Source: an uncultured Methanosarcinales archaeon
GTDB taxonomy: Archaea; Nanobdellota; Nanobdellia; Woesearchaeales; JAGWAF01
Assembly (NCBI GenBank): GCA_964359785.1
Contig: CAYHWL010000002.1
Span: 1-55,044 of the forward strand
Length of the DNA: 55,044 nt
Direction: 5' to 3'
The notes under the pieces were generated by a model. That model did not search any database. It saw only the letters and a list, made by a program, of their open reading frames with translations, and was not told the origin of the DNA. Positions 20,039-29,615 of this stretch are shown here, one piece after another. Both the position numbers and the translations under genes were made by a program. Within the stretch, counting starts at the first letter, position 1. The number at the start of each line of letters is the position of its first letter.

Positions 20039-20377
20039 ATGAACAATTTAAGAAACAAAGTACAGTTAATCGGGCACTTAGGTAACAATCCTGAAATCGT
20101 TAACTTAGAAAAAGGAAAAAAATTAGCAAAATTCTCTATTGCTACTAATGAATCTTACAAAAATGCTAAAGGAGAAACTATTAAGGATACACAATGGCAC
20201 AACGTAGTAGATTGGGGAAAAACTGCCGAGATTATCGAAAAGTACTTACAAAAAGGCAATGAAGTTGCTATTGAAGGTAAAATAGTAAATAAAAACTACG
20301 ACGACAAAGAAGGTAAAAAACACTACGTTACCGAAATAGTTGTTAACGAACTATTAATGTTAGGTGGAAAGAAATAA
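20039..20377 (+). CDS. ssb: Single-stranded DNA-binding protein (short form, no acidic tail)
   Basis: OB-fold SSB pattern: NKVQLIGHLGNNPE...FSIATNESYKNAKGE...TQWHNVVDWGKTAE...GNEVAIEGKI...Y.DKEGKKHYVTEIV. Confidence 0.88.
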   Translation: MNNLRNKVQLIGHLGNNPEIVNLEKGKKLAKFSIATNESYKNAKGETIKDTQWHNVVDWGKTAEIIEKYLQKGNEVAIEGKIVNKNYDDKEGKKHYVTEIVVNELLMLGGKK

Positions 20378-20394
20378 CACTTTTAACTAATTGG

Positions 20395-20425
20395 AAAAGC
20401 CACTGAAATTCAGTGGCTTTTTTTA
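20395..20425. terminator. Bidirectional intrinsic terminator
   Basis: aaaa-GCCACTGA-aat-TCAGTGGC-ttttttt: an 8-bp GC-containing stem flanked by an A-run and a T-run. It sits between convergent ssb (+) and the lipoprotein gene (-). Confidence 0.8.
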
Positions 20426-20426
20426 T

Positions 20427-21089
20427 TTAACCCATCATTACTGCTAATAATATCATTTCAGCAATAAAAACAAGACTGCTTAAAATAATTCCAATTATGG
20501 CAAAACCTTTTCCTGAATATTTTTCAGGATATTTTATTATTTGATTTAACCCTATTAATCCCCAAATTAATGATATTGGTGCTATTGGAAAGGCTATAAT
20601 TGGTGCAAAAACTGAAATAACGGCATTAAAATTTAGCACTCTTTCTTTAGGAGGTGGATTCATAAATATAGTATCAGGGATAGAAAAAATACTGTTTAGC
20701 TGTAATGCTTCAGTAGGAATAAAATGATTTAGATTTGGTGAATTTTCCACCTCCACCTTATTTATTTCAGTCATCTTATTACTTAAATCTTCTAAAATGA
20801 TGTTATTGGATTTTACATCAATGATATTTTGATTAGATGAAGCATAAATCTCCTCAGAGTCATTCTCTTTAATTATAAAAGCAGTACTTTTTTCTTTAAA
20901 AGCAATATTAGCTTCAATCTTATACTCTTTATGCTTATATTTTTTTAAATATTTCTTTTTTGAGAAAAGACATAAAATGTCATTTTCAGAACTACAGGAA
21001 ACAGGTAGCTGACTCATTATAAACAAACCAACTAATGTAAATAATTTTATTTTTTTATGCAGCAGCAATAAGGAGAAGTAGATATACAA
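20427..21089 (-). CDS. Paralogous lipoprotein A (SCSSEND leader, C-terminal double-TM anchor)
   Basis: Lipobox ...LPVSCSSENDILCLFSKKKYLKKYK, then a variable middle, then a hydrophobic C-terminus ending ...YSGKGFAIIGIILSSLVFIAEMILLAVMMG. The start is uncertain because the track start overlaps the upstream gene by 35 nt; an internal TTG is possible. Confidence 0.65.
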   Translation of the reverse strand: MYIYFSLLLLHKKIKLFTLVGLFIMSQLPVSCSSENDILCLFSKKKYLKKYKHKEYKIEANIAFKEKSTAFIIKENDSEEIYASSNQNIIDVKSNNIILEDLSNKMTEINKVEVENSPNLNHFIPTEALQLNSIFSIPDTIFMNPPPKERVLNFNAVISVFAPIIAFPIAPISLIWGLIGLNQIIKYPEKYSGKGFAIIGIILSSLVFIAEMILLAVMMG

Positions 21090-21669
21090 GAAAGAGTAAA
21101 GATATCATAATACCAGCAATTGCCCACCCTTTTCCTTTAAATTTTTCAGGATTAGAAGCAATTGCAATAATACCAATTATACCAAAAACGACGCCTCCAA
21201 TAACGAAACCAATCAATCCTGAAACAAAACTTGCTATTGCTGCCCAATGTACCTTTTTAACAACAAGTTGTTTTTCATATACATGATATATAGTATCAGG
21301 TGGAGAAATCATTTTATTATTTTGATTGACCATAGTTTGAGTAAATAAACTCAACTCAGAATAATTACTAGATGGCTCTTTAATTTTTTTAACTTGTGCT
21401 ACTTGCTCTTTATTTAATTCTAAAGCTACTGAATTGTCTGTAGCAACAATTTCATCTAATTGATAATTGGTTAGATTGCTAGTTGTTGAAGCCAACTCAG
21501 TAGTTGAGTTTTTACCATCACTTGCTTGATATTTAATATTTTTTTCTTTAAAATTTTTGAGGTACTTTCTTTTAGAAAACTGACTTAATACGTCATTTTC
21601 TGAACTACAAGAAACAAAAAAAAGATTTACTAAAAATATTCCAACTAGTCCAATTATTATTTTTTTCAT
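21055..21669 (-). CDS. Paralogous lipoprotein B (SCSSEND leader, C-terminal double-TM anchor)
   Basis: MKKIIIGLVGIFLVNLFFVSCSSENDVLSQFSKRKYLKNFK... with C-terminus FKGKGWAIAGIMISLLFLVYLLLLIAAA. Confidence 0.75.
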   Translation of the reverse strand: MKKIIIGLVGIFLVNLFFVSCSSENDVLSQFSKRKYLKNFKEKNIKYQASDGKNSTTELASTTSNLTNYQLDEIVATDNSVALELNKEQVAQVKKIKEPSSNYSELSLFTQTMVNQNNKMISPPDTIYHVYEKQLVVKKVHWAAIASFVSGLIGFVIGGVVFGIIGIIAIASNPEKFKGKGWAIAGIMISLLFLVYLLLLIAAA

Positions 21670-21697
21670 TTTGTGAAATTTTGTATTTATCCCTGCG

Positions 21698-21718
21698 TAT
21701 ATATATATATATATATAT
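21698..21718. repeat. (TA)~10 dinucleotide microsatellite
   Basis: tatatatatatatatatatat read directly. It lies 29 nt upstream of the lipoprotein B start codon (21669). Confidence 0.95.
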
Positions 21719-21768
21719 TGGCAAAAAATATCAATAAAAAAAATAGTTTAAGAGTTATTTTTTATTAC

Positions 21769-22698
21769 TTAAAATTTTCTAAACCATTGCAGCATAGGAA
21801 TAGGAATTGGCACCATTTCTCCATTACCATAAGCCCCTGCAAAACCAAATTGAAAAGCAGAATTATTATTTCCTTGAACACGTATTCCTGGAAGAAAAAC
21901 TATGAGTGGGCTTCTTTTAGTAACAACAGTAGAGGTGTTGGTAATGTTATCGTAAATATAAGTTGAATAGAAAATATTAGGCACTATAAAAGAATCAAAA
22001 ACAATGCTCACTTTTTTACCAATTTTAGCCATACCTGCGACAGAAAAAAGAGCCTTACCTTCCGATTTATTGTCATAAGCCACAACACCGTATCCACCAG
22101 AAAAGTTAATGTTTGCTCTTCTGTTACCAATTGTTAAAGCTCCAAAAGGCAATGCAATGGCAACATCTGGAGCAGCCCAAGAGCCTGTTCCTAATAATGT
22201 ACCAACTCCAACGCTAGTGGTTTCGGTAAGTTTAATGCTATATTTTGCAGTTCCAATTACTGGCATACCAACCCAAGAAGTCATAATTCCTAATCCTAAA
22301 TTTTCTCCAACTCCAAACTGAACTTCTGGTCCATATAAACTCCATAATACATAGTTTTCTCCTTTTTTAATTGGCAAGGCGTTGGTGGTTATAAAATATC
22401 TTGTAGAAAAAACTTCTTCAGGAATATAGTTTCCTTTTATGGTCATCTCATTCGGATTAACTTCTTTCATTTCCTTTATTTCATATTTAGGAATAGAAAC
22501 TTGTCCCCTATCTCTAGTGTTGATTAAAACTTCCTTTGCGTTTTGAGAAATTATTGTTCCAATAAACTCTCCTCCGCTGTTAGTAATTATATAAAAAAAA
22601 GTGGTAGAAGAATCTCTATCGGCTTGTGCAACCACTTTATTGATACTAAAACTAACTACCAATAAAGTTAAAAAGATTAATTTACTAATTGTTTTCAT
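21769..22698 (-). CDS. Putative outer-membrane beta-barrel protein
   Basis: Signal MKTISKLIFLTLLVVSFSINKVVAQ from ATG 22698. Gly/aromatic-rich alternating strands. The C-terminus ends ...MLQWFRKF (terminal Phe, typical of OMPs). Confidence 0.65.
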   Translation of the reverse strand: MKTISKLIFLTLLVVSFSINKVVAQADRDSSTTFFYIITNSGGEFIGTIISQNAKEVLINTRDRGQVSIPKYEIKEMKEVNPNEMTIKGNYIPEEVFSTRYFITTNALPIKKGENYVLWSLYGPEVQFGVGENLGLGIMTSWVGMPVIGTAKYSIKLTETTSVGVGTLLGTGSWAAPDVAIALPFGALTIGNRRANINFSGGYGVVAYDNKSEGKALFSVAGMAKIGKKVSIVFDSFIVPNIFYSTYIYDNITNTSTVVTKRSPLIVFLPGIRVQGNNNSAFQFGFAGAYGNGEMVPIPIPMLQWFRKF

Positions 22699-22717
22699 AA
22701 TAAATAGTGAATAGCGA

Positions 22718-23326
22718 TTAAACTGACACTCCGCCAAAACATACTAAAAAGGCAAAAATGATTCCTGGAATCCAAAATATAAAAGTTAAAAGTAAATCCA
22801 CCCAAAAGTTGGCAGTTACCGTATCTTCATAAACGATAACACCAATGGGTGGAAGAAAAATACACAAAATAGCAATTAACACTTCACTGGTTTTATTACT
22901 ACTGATATGATTTTTTTGAGCAATATTATTATCAGTATTTTTCGTCTCCATATTAGTAAATTCGATTTTTCTATTAACCCTGTTAAACGCCGTATAATCT
23001 TTTATAGCTTCTTTCACTTGTTTTAATTGTTCAATTTTTTCAGCTGGTAATTCAATATTATTTGAATTAGCTACTTCTTCTACTTCACTTACTTCAAAAT
23101 TGGTTGATTCAATTGCTATTGTTGCATATTCTTCTTCAGAAATTGCCTCATTCGTGTTATTGTCATACTTATTAATAACATCATTCTGCTTCATATTTTT
23201 ATCATCAAATTTTTTCAGGTATTTTCTTTTAGAAAACTGGCTTAGAATATCATTTTCTGAGCTACAAGAAACAAACAATTGGCTTGCAAAAAACAAGCTG
23301 ATTACTACAACTACTATTTTTTTCAT
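22718..23326 (-). CDS. Paralogous lipoprotein C (SCSSEND leader) with a C-terminal Pmp3/YqaE-like proteolipid domain
   Basis: MKKIVVVVISLFFASQLFVSCSSENDILSQFSKRKYLKKFD.... The C-terminus LIAILCIFLPPIGVIVYEDTVTANFWVDLLLTFIFWIPGIIFAFLV resembles the UPF0057/Pmp3 pattern. Confidence 0.75.
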   Translation of the reverse strand: MKKIVVVVISLFFASQLFVSCSSENDILSQFSKRKYLKKFDDKNMKQNDVINKYDNNTNEAISEEEYATIAIESTNFEVSEVEEVANSNNIELPAEKIEQLKQVKEAIKDYTAFNRVNRKIEFTNMETKNTDNNIAQKNHISSNKTSEVLIAILCIFLPPIGVIVYEDTVTANFWVDLLLTFIFWIPGIIFAFLVCFGGVSV

Positions 23327-23436
23327 TTTATTCGATTTTAATTTAAGTTAAAATTAAGCCAAGCAATTTTAACTCACAAAACTTTATAACAACACTTATT
23401 AACAAAATCAACTTTAAAAAGTAATTTCGCCAAGTT

Positions 23437-25035
23437 ATGAGTTTAGTGCAAGAAATAAGTAAAAGAAGAACCTTTGGTATCATTAGTCATCCCGATGCTG
23501 GAAAAACAACCTTAACCGAAAAGTTGTTATTATTTGGTGGTGCTATTCAAACTGCAGGTGCAGTAAAATCTAACAAAATAAAAAAAGCTGCCACTTCCGA
23601 TTTTATGGAAATTGAAAAACAAAGAGGAATTTCTGTAGCAACTTCGGTGATGGCTTTTAATTATAAAAATGTAAAAATTAACATTTTAGATACTCCCGGG
23701 CACAAAGATTTTGCAGAAGATACTTATCGAACATTAACAGCAGTTGATAGCGTAATTTTGGTAATAGATTGTGCCAACGGTGTTGAAACTCAAACTAAAA
23801 AGTTAATGGAAGTGTGTAGGATGAGAAATACTCCTGTTATTGTATTTATCAATAAAATGGATAGAGAAGGACGAGATCCTTATGATTTATTGGATGAGAT
23901 AGAAAATACCCTTAACATTAAAGTTCGTCCTTTAAGCTGGCCCATTGGAATTGGAAGTAGTTTTAAAGGGGTTTATAACATTTATGAGAAAAGTCTTAAT
24001 TTATTTGATTCTAATAAAACAAAAGTAGAAAGAGACATCGTTTCGATTAAAGATTTAAACGACCCAACACTTGATAACTTATTAGGAAACGCTTCAGAAA
24101 AATTAAGAGAAGATATTGAATTAATTGAAGGAGTTTATGATGAATTTGATGTGGAAAAATACAAATCGGGCAAACTGGCTCCTGTGTTTTTCGGAAGTGC
24201 TTTGAATAATTTTGGTGTTCAGGAATTGTTAGACACGTTTATTACTATTGCTCCTTTTCCAAAAGGGAGAGAAACCAATTTAAGGTTGGTAGCACCTACC
24301 GAAAATAAATTGAGCGGCTTTGTATTTAAAATTCATGCCAATTTAGACCCCAACCATAGAGATAGAATAGCTTTTTTACGCATTTGTTCTGGCAAGTTTG
24401 AGCGAAATAAATTTTATTACCATGTTCGAAATGAGAAAAAAATAAAATTTAGCAACCCTACCAGCTTTATGGCTCAAGATAAAAGTGTAATTGATGAAGC
24501 TTTTCCTGGTGATGTTATTGGTTTGTACGATACTGGAATATTTAAAATTGGAGACACACTCACCGAAGGTGAAATAATGCAATTTAAAGGTATTCCTAGC
24601 TTTTCACCCGAAATTTTTAAAGAGTTGATTAATAAAGACCCGATGAAAACCAAACAATTGGAAAAAGGAATACAGCAATTAACTGATGAGGGTGTTGCCC
24701 AATTGTTTATCCAACAACCAGGTAACCGTAAAATTGTGGGTACAGTTGGTGAACTGCAATTTGAAGTGATACAATATCGTTTATTGCACGAATATGCGGC
24801 TTCTGCAGAGTTTCAACCTAAAGCATTGTACAAAGCTTGTTGGATGACCACCAACGACGAAACCAAACTAGAAAATTTTATTGCCAGAAAAGCCCAAAAC
24901 ATTGCAAAAGATAAAGACAACAACTATGTGTTTTTAGCTCAAACAAAATTTTTATTAGAAAGTGCCGAAAAAGATTATCCCGAAATTACATTTCACACTA
25001 CTTCAGAGTTTAAAAGGGTTTTAGTTGAAGGTTAA
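23437..25035 (+). CDS. prfC: Peptide chain release factor 3
   Basis: GTPase G1 motif [28 protein letters not shown], plus DTPGHKDF and NKMDR. 532 aa. Confidence 0.93.
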   Translation: MSLVQEISKRRTFGIISHPDAGKTTLTEKLLLFGGAIQTAGAVKSNKIKKAATSDFMEIEKQRGISVATSVMAFNYKNVKINILDTPGHKDFAEDTYRTLTAVDSVILVIDCANGVETQTKKLMEVCRMRNTPVIVFINKMDREGRDPYDLLDEIENTLNIKVRPLSWPIGIGSSFKGVYNIYEKSLNLFDSNKTKVERDIVSIKDLNDPTLDNLLGNASEKLREDIELIEGVYDEFDVEKYKSGKLAPVFFGSALNNFGVQELLDTFITIAPFPKGRETNLRLVAPTENKLSGFVFKIHANLDPNHRDRIAFLRICSGKFERNKFYYHVRNEKKIKFSNPTSFMAQDKSVIDEAFPGDVIGLYDTGIFKIGDTLTEGEIMQFKGIPSFSPEIFKELINKDPMKTKQLEKGIQQLTDEGVAQLFIQQPGNRKIVGTVGELQFEVIQYRLLHEYAASAEFQPKALYKACWMTTNDETKLENFIARKAQNIAKDKDNNYVFLAQTKFLLESAEKDYPEITFHTTSEFKRVLVEG

Positions 25036-25913
25036 TGCAAGCAATTGTTTTTTATATATCACTTCCTTTAATTTATTTACTCTCCATCCTACCCTTTTGG
25101 TTGTTGTATCGAATTTCTGATTTTATCAATTTTATATTGTTTACTTTGATTGGGTATAGGAAAGAAGTAATCATTACCAATTTAAAAAAATCCTTTCCAG
25201 AAAAATCAGTACAAGAAATTAAAAAAATTCAAAAAGATTTTCATCGATTTTTTTGCGATTTGATAGTAGAAACCATCAAAACACTCACCATTACCAAAAA
25301 GGAAGCGGCTAAAAGATGCCGGTTGAAAGATATAACACTTTTAAATAAACTGTACGACGAAAAAAAGAAGGTGATTTTTGTATTGGGACATTATGGCAAC
25401 TGGGAATTAGGTGGTGCTGCAATGAGTAGCATGAGTAATTACCAATTGTATGTTATTTATCGACCGCTTTCTAATCGTTATTTCGACCAGTTAATAATAA
25501 AAATGAGAACGCACTTAGGCACTAAATTAATCTCCATGAATGATACTTTTAAAAAAATGGTGAGTTTACGGAATAGTGATGAAATAAGTGCCACAGCTTT
25601 TATTGCCGACCAAGCTCCAACACCAGAAAATTCGTATTGGACAACCTTTTTAAACCAAGAAACAGCCGTTTTTTGGGGAACGGAAATTATTGCCAGCAAA
25701 TTAGATTACCCGATAGTTTACATTACTATTTCTCAACAAAAAAGAGGGTATTACGAAATGGCTACCGAATTGCTTTGTGAAAATCCTGCAGTCACTAAAA
25801 AAGGAGAAATTTCTGAGAAACATACCAAAAGATTAGAACAAGATATTATTAAACAACCCGAATTATGGTTATGGTCGCATAAAAGATGGAAACACAGAAA
25901 GCCAATGAATTAA
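25035..25913 (+). CDS. Lipid A biosynthesis (LpxL/HtrB-type) lauroyl/late acyltransferase family protein
   Basis: N-terminal TM helix and the GHYGNWELGG motif typical of the LpxL/LpxM family. The ATG shares 1 nt with the prfC stop (TAATG). Confidence 0.75.
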   Translation: MQAIVFYISLPLIYLLSILPFWLLYRISDFINFILFTLIGYRKEVIITNLKKSFPEKSVQEIKKIQKDFHRFFCDLIVETIKTLTITKKEAAKRCRLKDITLLNKLYDEKKKVIFVLGHYGNWELGGAAMSSMSNYQLYVIYRPLSNRYFDQLIIKMRTHLGTKLISMNDTFKKMVSLRNSDEISATAFIADQAPTPENSYWTTFLNQETAVFWGTEIIASKLDYPIVYITISQQKRGYYEMATELLCENPAVTKKGEISEKHTKRLEQDIIKQPELWLWSHKRWKHRKPMN

Positions 25914-25914
25914 T

Positions 25915-26005
25915 GTGAAGGGACAAGAGACAAGGGAAGGTGAAAGTGAATTGATTTTTAGTTAATTCTGAACTCTAAACTACCAACTCTAAACTCTCAA
26001 AACTT
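25915..26005. repeat. Short intergenic repeat, family F (GGGACAAG-rich part followed by AACTCTAAA units)
   Basis: tgtgaagggacaagagacaagggaaggtgaaagtgaattg...gaactctaaactaccaactctaaactc. It shares agggacaag and aactctaaa, in the same order, with the reverse complement of 43580-43653. It shares caactctaaa with 33225-33250. Confidence 0.55.
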
Positions 26006-26789
26006 CCTCCAATCCTTGATGATATTCTTGAAAAGTATTCAAGTTGTTATGAGAGCCATTCTTGATGGTGAATAATTTTATGTTATCAGCCAATTTCACT
26101 AATCGTTCACTAGCGTTATAAGGTATTGTTTCATCTTCAGTTCCGTGAAATAAATAAGTAGGAATCTTAATTTGTGGCAGCCATTTGTTTATTCTAAATT
26201 GATAATGGAGTAAAATTGAAGTAGGTAAATAAGGGTAATGGTATTTAGAAACATCGTAAAAATTGTAATAAGGAGTTTCTAATAGCAGCATTTTTGGATT
26301 TTTTTTATTCGCCAATTTAGTTGCAATGCCTGTTCCTAAAGACATTCCATATAAAATTAGCTCGCTCTCTTTGTATTTTTTAAGTAATTTTTTATAAATC
26401 ATTGATGCATCATTATAAAGCATTTTCTCATTTTTAATTTTACCAGTACTTTTTCCATAACCTCGGTAATCATACATCAATACATCATAACCTAATCGAG
26501 TAAAGTCGGTAGCTCTAATTCCCCAACTTTCAATATTTCCTTCATTACCATGGTGATAATAAATTAATCCTTTCGAATTTTTAGCTTTAAATAAGATAGC
26601 ACTAATAGAGCAACCATCTTGAGTCGCATAAGTTATTTCTTCAAATTCGTTAGGAAACTTAAATTGATACTTGTCAGAAAGTTTTTCGGGATGAAAAATT
26701 AAATGCTCCTGAAATATATATATAGCAATGCCTAATCCAGCTAATATGGCTGGAATAATGATGATGATATAAATAATAAATTTTAACAC
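25989..26789 (-). CDS. Alpha/beta hydrolase (membrane-anchored)
   Basis: N-terminal TM helix, nucleophile elbow GMSLGTG, and HGTEDETIP near the C-terminus. Confidence 0.8.
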   Translation of the reverse strand: MLKFIIYIIIIIPAILAGLGIAIYIFQEHLIFHPEKLSDKYQFKFPNEFEEITYATQDGCSISAILFKAKNSKGLIYYHHGNEGNIESWGIRATDFTRLGYDVLMYDYRGYGKSTGKIKNEKMLYNDASMIYKKLLKKYKESELILYGMSLGTGIATKLANKKNPKMLLLETPYYNFYDVSKYHYPYLPTSILLHYQFRINKWLPQIKIPTYLFHGTEDETIPYNASERLVKLADNIKLFTIKNGSHNNLNTFQEYHQGLEEVLRV

Positions 26790-26875
26790 GTTAAAAGATT
26801 GTTAAAATGAATTTTTGGTTACTCTATTCATCAAATATAATAGTAAATTTGATTTTCTTAAACGGAATCAAAATT

Positions 26876-28351
26876 ATGAAGAAAATTTTAGTTGTACTGC
26901 TTATACTTTGCTTTTCTTTAGCTGGGTTTTCTCAAAACAAAGGCTATAAAATTAAAATGGAAATAAAAGGGTTAAAAGATTCTACTTGTTTCCTTATTAA
27001 CTATTTTGGAATTCAACGATTTTATAAAGATACTGCTCAGTTTAATAAAGATGGTGTAGTTATTTTTTCTGGTAAAGAACAGTTGCATGGTGGTATTTAT
27101 GGTGTTTATACCAGCGGAAAATTGTTATTTGAAATTGTCTGTAACAATGAAGAATATATTGATTTAAAAACCGACACTTCAGATTACATTATGCACATGG
27201 AGGTAAAAAAATCGGAAGAAAATAAGGTGTTTTTTGATCACCTAAAATTTATTACTGAAAAACAAAGATCATCACAAGATTTAAGAAATAAAGCTAATTC
27301 TAAAGAATTGCCTGAAAACGAAAAAAAAGTAGTGAACGAAAAATTAGCTGAGATAGGGAAAGAAATAAATAAATACAGGTTAGATATTATAGACAAATAC
27401 CCGAACTTGTTCGTTGCTGTTATTTTTAAAACCATGAAAGAAGCAGAAACTCCTGAATTTGAAACTATTAAAAATGATTCTTTAAAACGATTAATGAAAT
27501 ACGAATATGTTAAAACACATTTTTTTGATGAAGTAGATTTTTCAGATGCTCGGATTAATTACACGCCTCTTTACCACAACAAAATTGAAAAATATTTTAA
27601 AAGTATCGTTTACCCTATTCCAGATTCAATCATTAAGGAGGTAGATGTGATTATTAACAAAGCAAAAGCCAATGATGATATTTTTAAATACACTGTTCAT
27701 TATTTATTGAGCGATTATGAAAAGTCGAAAATAATGGGAATGGATGGCGTTTTTGCTCACATTGGTTTAAATTATTATACCCACAAATTAGCTTTTTGGG
27801 CAGATTCTACTCAAATAGAAAAGGTGCAAGAACGGGCACGGAAATTATCGCCATTGCTTCTTGGAAAACCAGCAATCAATATCAGTTTGTTAGACACTGG
27901 TAATAATTGGATGAGTCTTTATAAAGTGCCAACAACTTATACAGTGCTTGTTTTTTGGGACCCAGAATGCGGTCATTGTAAAAAAGAATTACCAAAGTTA
28001 GCTCACCTTTACGATTCGTTAAAAACACACCTGGATATTAGTGTTTTTGCTGTTAGCTCCGACCATAATGAAGCATGGAAAAAATTTATAAGAGAACACC
28101 ATTTAGATTTTATTAATGTTGCTGTTCCCACTGAGGTTTATAAAGATCAACAATTAGCCACAGAATATATTATTAAAGGTTATACCGATTTAAAAAGCAT
28201 GAATTACCAAACCACTTATGACATTACAACTACACCACAAATCTATTTATTGGACAAAACAAAAAAGATATTAGCTAAAAAATTAGATACAGACCTCCTT
28301 CAACTCGTTTTAAAAAAAGAAGAGGAAAAAAAGAAGAAATTAGTTCATTAA
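26876..28351 (+). CDS. TlpA-like thiol-disulfide oxidoreductase (thioredoxin fold) with an N-terminal extension
   Basis: Signal MKKILVVLLILCFSLAGFSQ from ATG 26876. Thioredoxin CxxC motif VFWDPECGHCKKELPKL. Confidence 0.8.
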   Translation: MKKILVVLLILCFSLAGFSQNKGYKIKMEIKGLKDSTCFLINYFGIQRFYKDTAQFNKDGVVIFSGKEQLHGGIYGVYTSGKLLFEIVCNNEEYIDLKTDTSDYIMHMEVKKSEENKVFFDHLKFITEKQRSSQDLRNKANSKELPENEKKVVNEKLAEIGKEINKYRLDIIDKYPNLFVAVIFKTMKEAETPEFETIKNDSLKRLMKYEYVKTHFFDEVDFSDARINYTPLYHNKIEKYFKSIVYPIPDSIIKEVDVIINKAKANDDIFKYTVHYLLSDYEKSKIMGMDGVFAHIGLNYYTHKLAFWADSTQIEKVQERARKLSPLLLGKPAINISLLDTGNNWMSLYKVPTTYTVLVFWDPECGHCKKELPKLAHLYDSLKTHLDISVFAVSSDHNEAWKKFIREHHLDFINVAVPTEVYKDQQLATEYIIKGYTDLKSMNYQTTYDITTTPQIYLLDKTKKILAKKLDTDLLQLVLKKEEEKKKKLVH

Positions 28352-28358
28352 TTTTCCT

Positions 28359-29012
28359 ATGAAACGTTTTGTTCCTGCGTTATCAATAATTTTATTAGGC
28401 ATTATCGTTGCTTATCTGATTATTGATCAACCTAAAATTCTTAAAGTTTACAACCCAATTGATGTTAATCAAGAGCTAGTGGATGAATCTGTTAGAAATG
28501 TAGATAAATTTCATAGAGTAGGTTCTTTTAAATTAACAGATCAAGATGGAAATGAGGTTACCGAAGATTCTTTTGCAGCTAAAATATATGTAACTGACTT
28601 CTTTTTTGTAACCTGCCCAACTATTTGTCCTAAAATGGCGGCACAAATGAATCGGGTTTACGATGAGTTTAAAGAAAACAATACGGTTATGTTATTATCT
28701 CACACTGTTATGCCAGTTGCAGATTCCGTTCCTGTTTTAAAAGAATATGCTAAAAAATTGGGTGTATCTTCCGAAAAGTGGAAATTTGTAACCGGAGATA
28801 AACCACAAATATATAACTTAGCACGAAAAACTTATTTTGCTGCAATTACAAAAGGAGATGGTGGTGTTGATGATTTTGTGCATACAGAAAATTTTGTGTT
28901 AGTGGATAAAGAAAAAAGGTTAAGAGGATTTTACGATGGAACATCAGAAAAAGAGGTGGACAGACTAATTGCTGATATTTATTCGTTATTAGAAGAATAT
29001 AAGGATAATTAG
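28359..29012 (+). CDS. SCO1/SenC family copper chaperone
   Basis: N-terminal TM helix and the FFFVTCPTICPKM CxxxC motif. Confidence 0.85.
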   Translation: MKRFVPALSIILLGIIVAYLIIDQPKILKVYNPIDVNQELVDESVRNVDKFHRVGSFKLTDQDGNEVTEDSFAAKIYVTDFFFVTCPTICPKMAAQMNRVYDEFKENNTVMLLSHTVMPVADSVPVLKEYAKKLGVSSEKWKFVTGDKPQIYNLARKTYFAAITKGDGGVDDFVHTENFVLVDKEKRLRGFYDGTSEKEVDRLIADIYSLLEEYKDN

Positions 29013-29034
29013 ATAATGAAATAATTGATAAATA

Positions 29035-29385
29035 ATGACGAAATTTTTTTTAAAGTTAACTTTAATAGCATTTTTAATACTCACATTATTTTCTTGTAAT
29101 AAGAGAATTGACCAAGGCTCTATGTTTCATGGAAGAGCCCACAAAACAAAAGGTAAAGGTATTTATGATGCTGGATTAAATTCTAAAAAGCCCATTAGTG
29201 TGCAAACTGCACAAGATTTAGATAAATTATCTAAAAATGACACCGACCCTAAAAAAGCAGCAAAAAAAGAAGTAAAAGCGTTAGAAAAGAAACAACGAGA
29301 GTCTCAAAAAGTTAGGGATAAATACAATAAAAAAAGACATGTAAAGGTTAAAACCACCAAAGGAAAACCAGAAGGAAAAAATTAG
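29035..29385 (+). CDS. Small basic lipoprotein, unknown function
   Basis: Lipobox LTLFSCNK followed by a Lys-rich tail. Confidence 0.6.
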   Translation: MTKFFLKLTLIAFLILTLFSCNKRIDQGSMFHGRAHKTKGKGIYDAGLNSKKPISVQTAQDLDKLSKNDTDPKKAAKKEVKALEKKQRESQKVRDKYNKKRHVKVKTTKGKPEGKN

Positions 29386-29395
29386 AAAATATACC

Positions 29396-29515
29396 ATGGA
29401 ACAGAAACAACAAACAAGTAAAGAATTTTGGATTAAAGCGTTTACAGCTTTTGTTGCAGCCATTGCAGCTTTAGTTGTTTATGATAAATTTATAAAACCT
29501 CGTTTAAAAAAATAA
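29396..29515 (+). CDS. Possible 39-aa single-TM small protein
   Basis: Hand translation gives MEQKQQTSKEFWIKAFTAFVAAIAALVVYDKFIKPRLKK*. It is below the track's size cut-off, and the only support is the ORF and its hydrophobic core. Confidence 0.35.
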   Translation: MEQKQQTSKEFWIKAFTAFVAAIAALVVYDKFIKPRLKK

Positions 29516-29543
29516 ATGTGAGTTATAAATTTGGTTTTTTGAT

Positions 29544-29577
29544 TACACACCCCTTGCCCCTCTTATTAGAGGGGAAG
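29544..29577. repeat. REP-like GC-rich hairpin element, family E, copy 1
   Basis: tacacaccccttgCCCCTCTtattAGAGGGGaag. It matches 34281-34314 at 31 of 34 positions. It lies 39 nt past the stop of the minus-strand HD-hydrolase gene. Confidence 0.8.
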
Positions 29578-29615
29578 TAAAATGTTAATTTTTAGAACTC
29601 TCCTTTACTTTCTTC

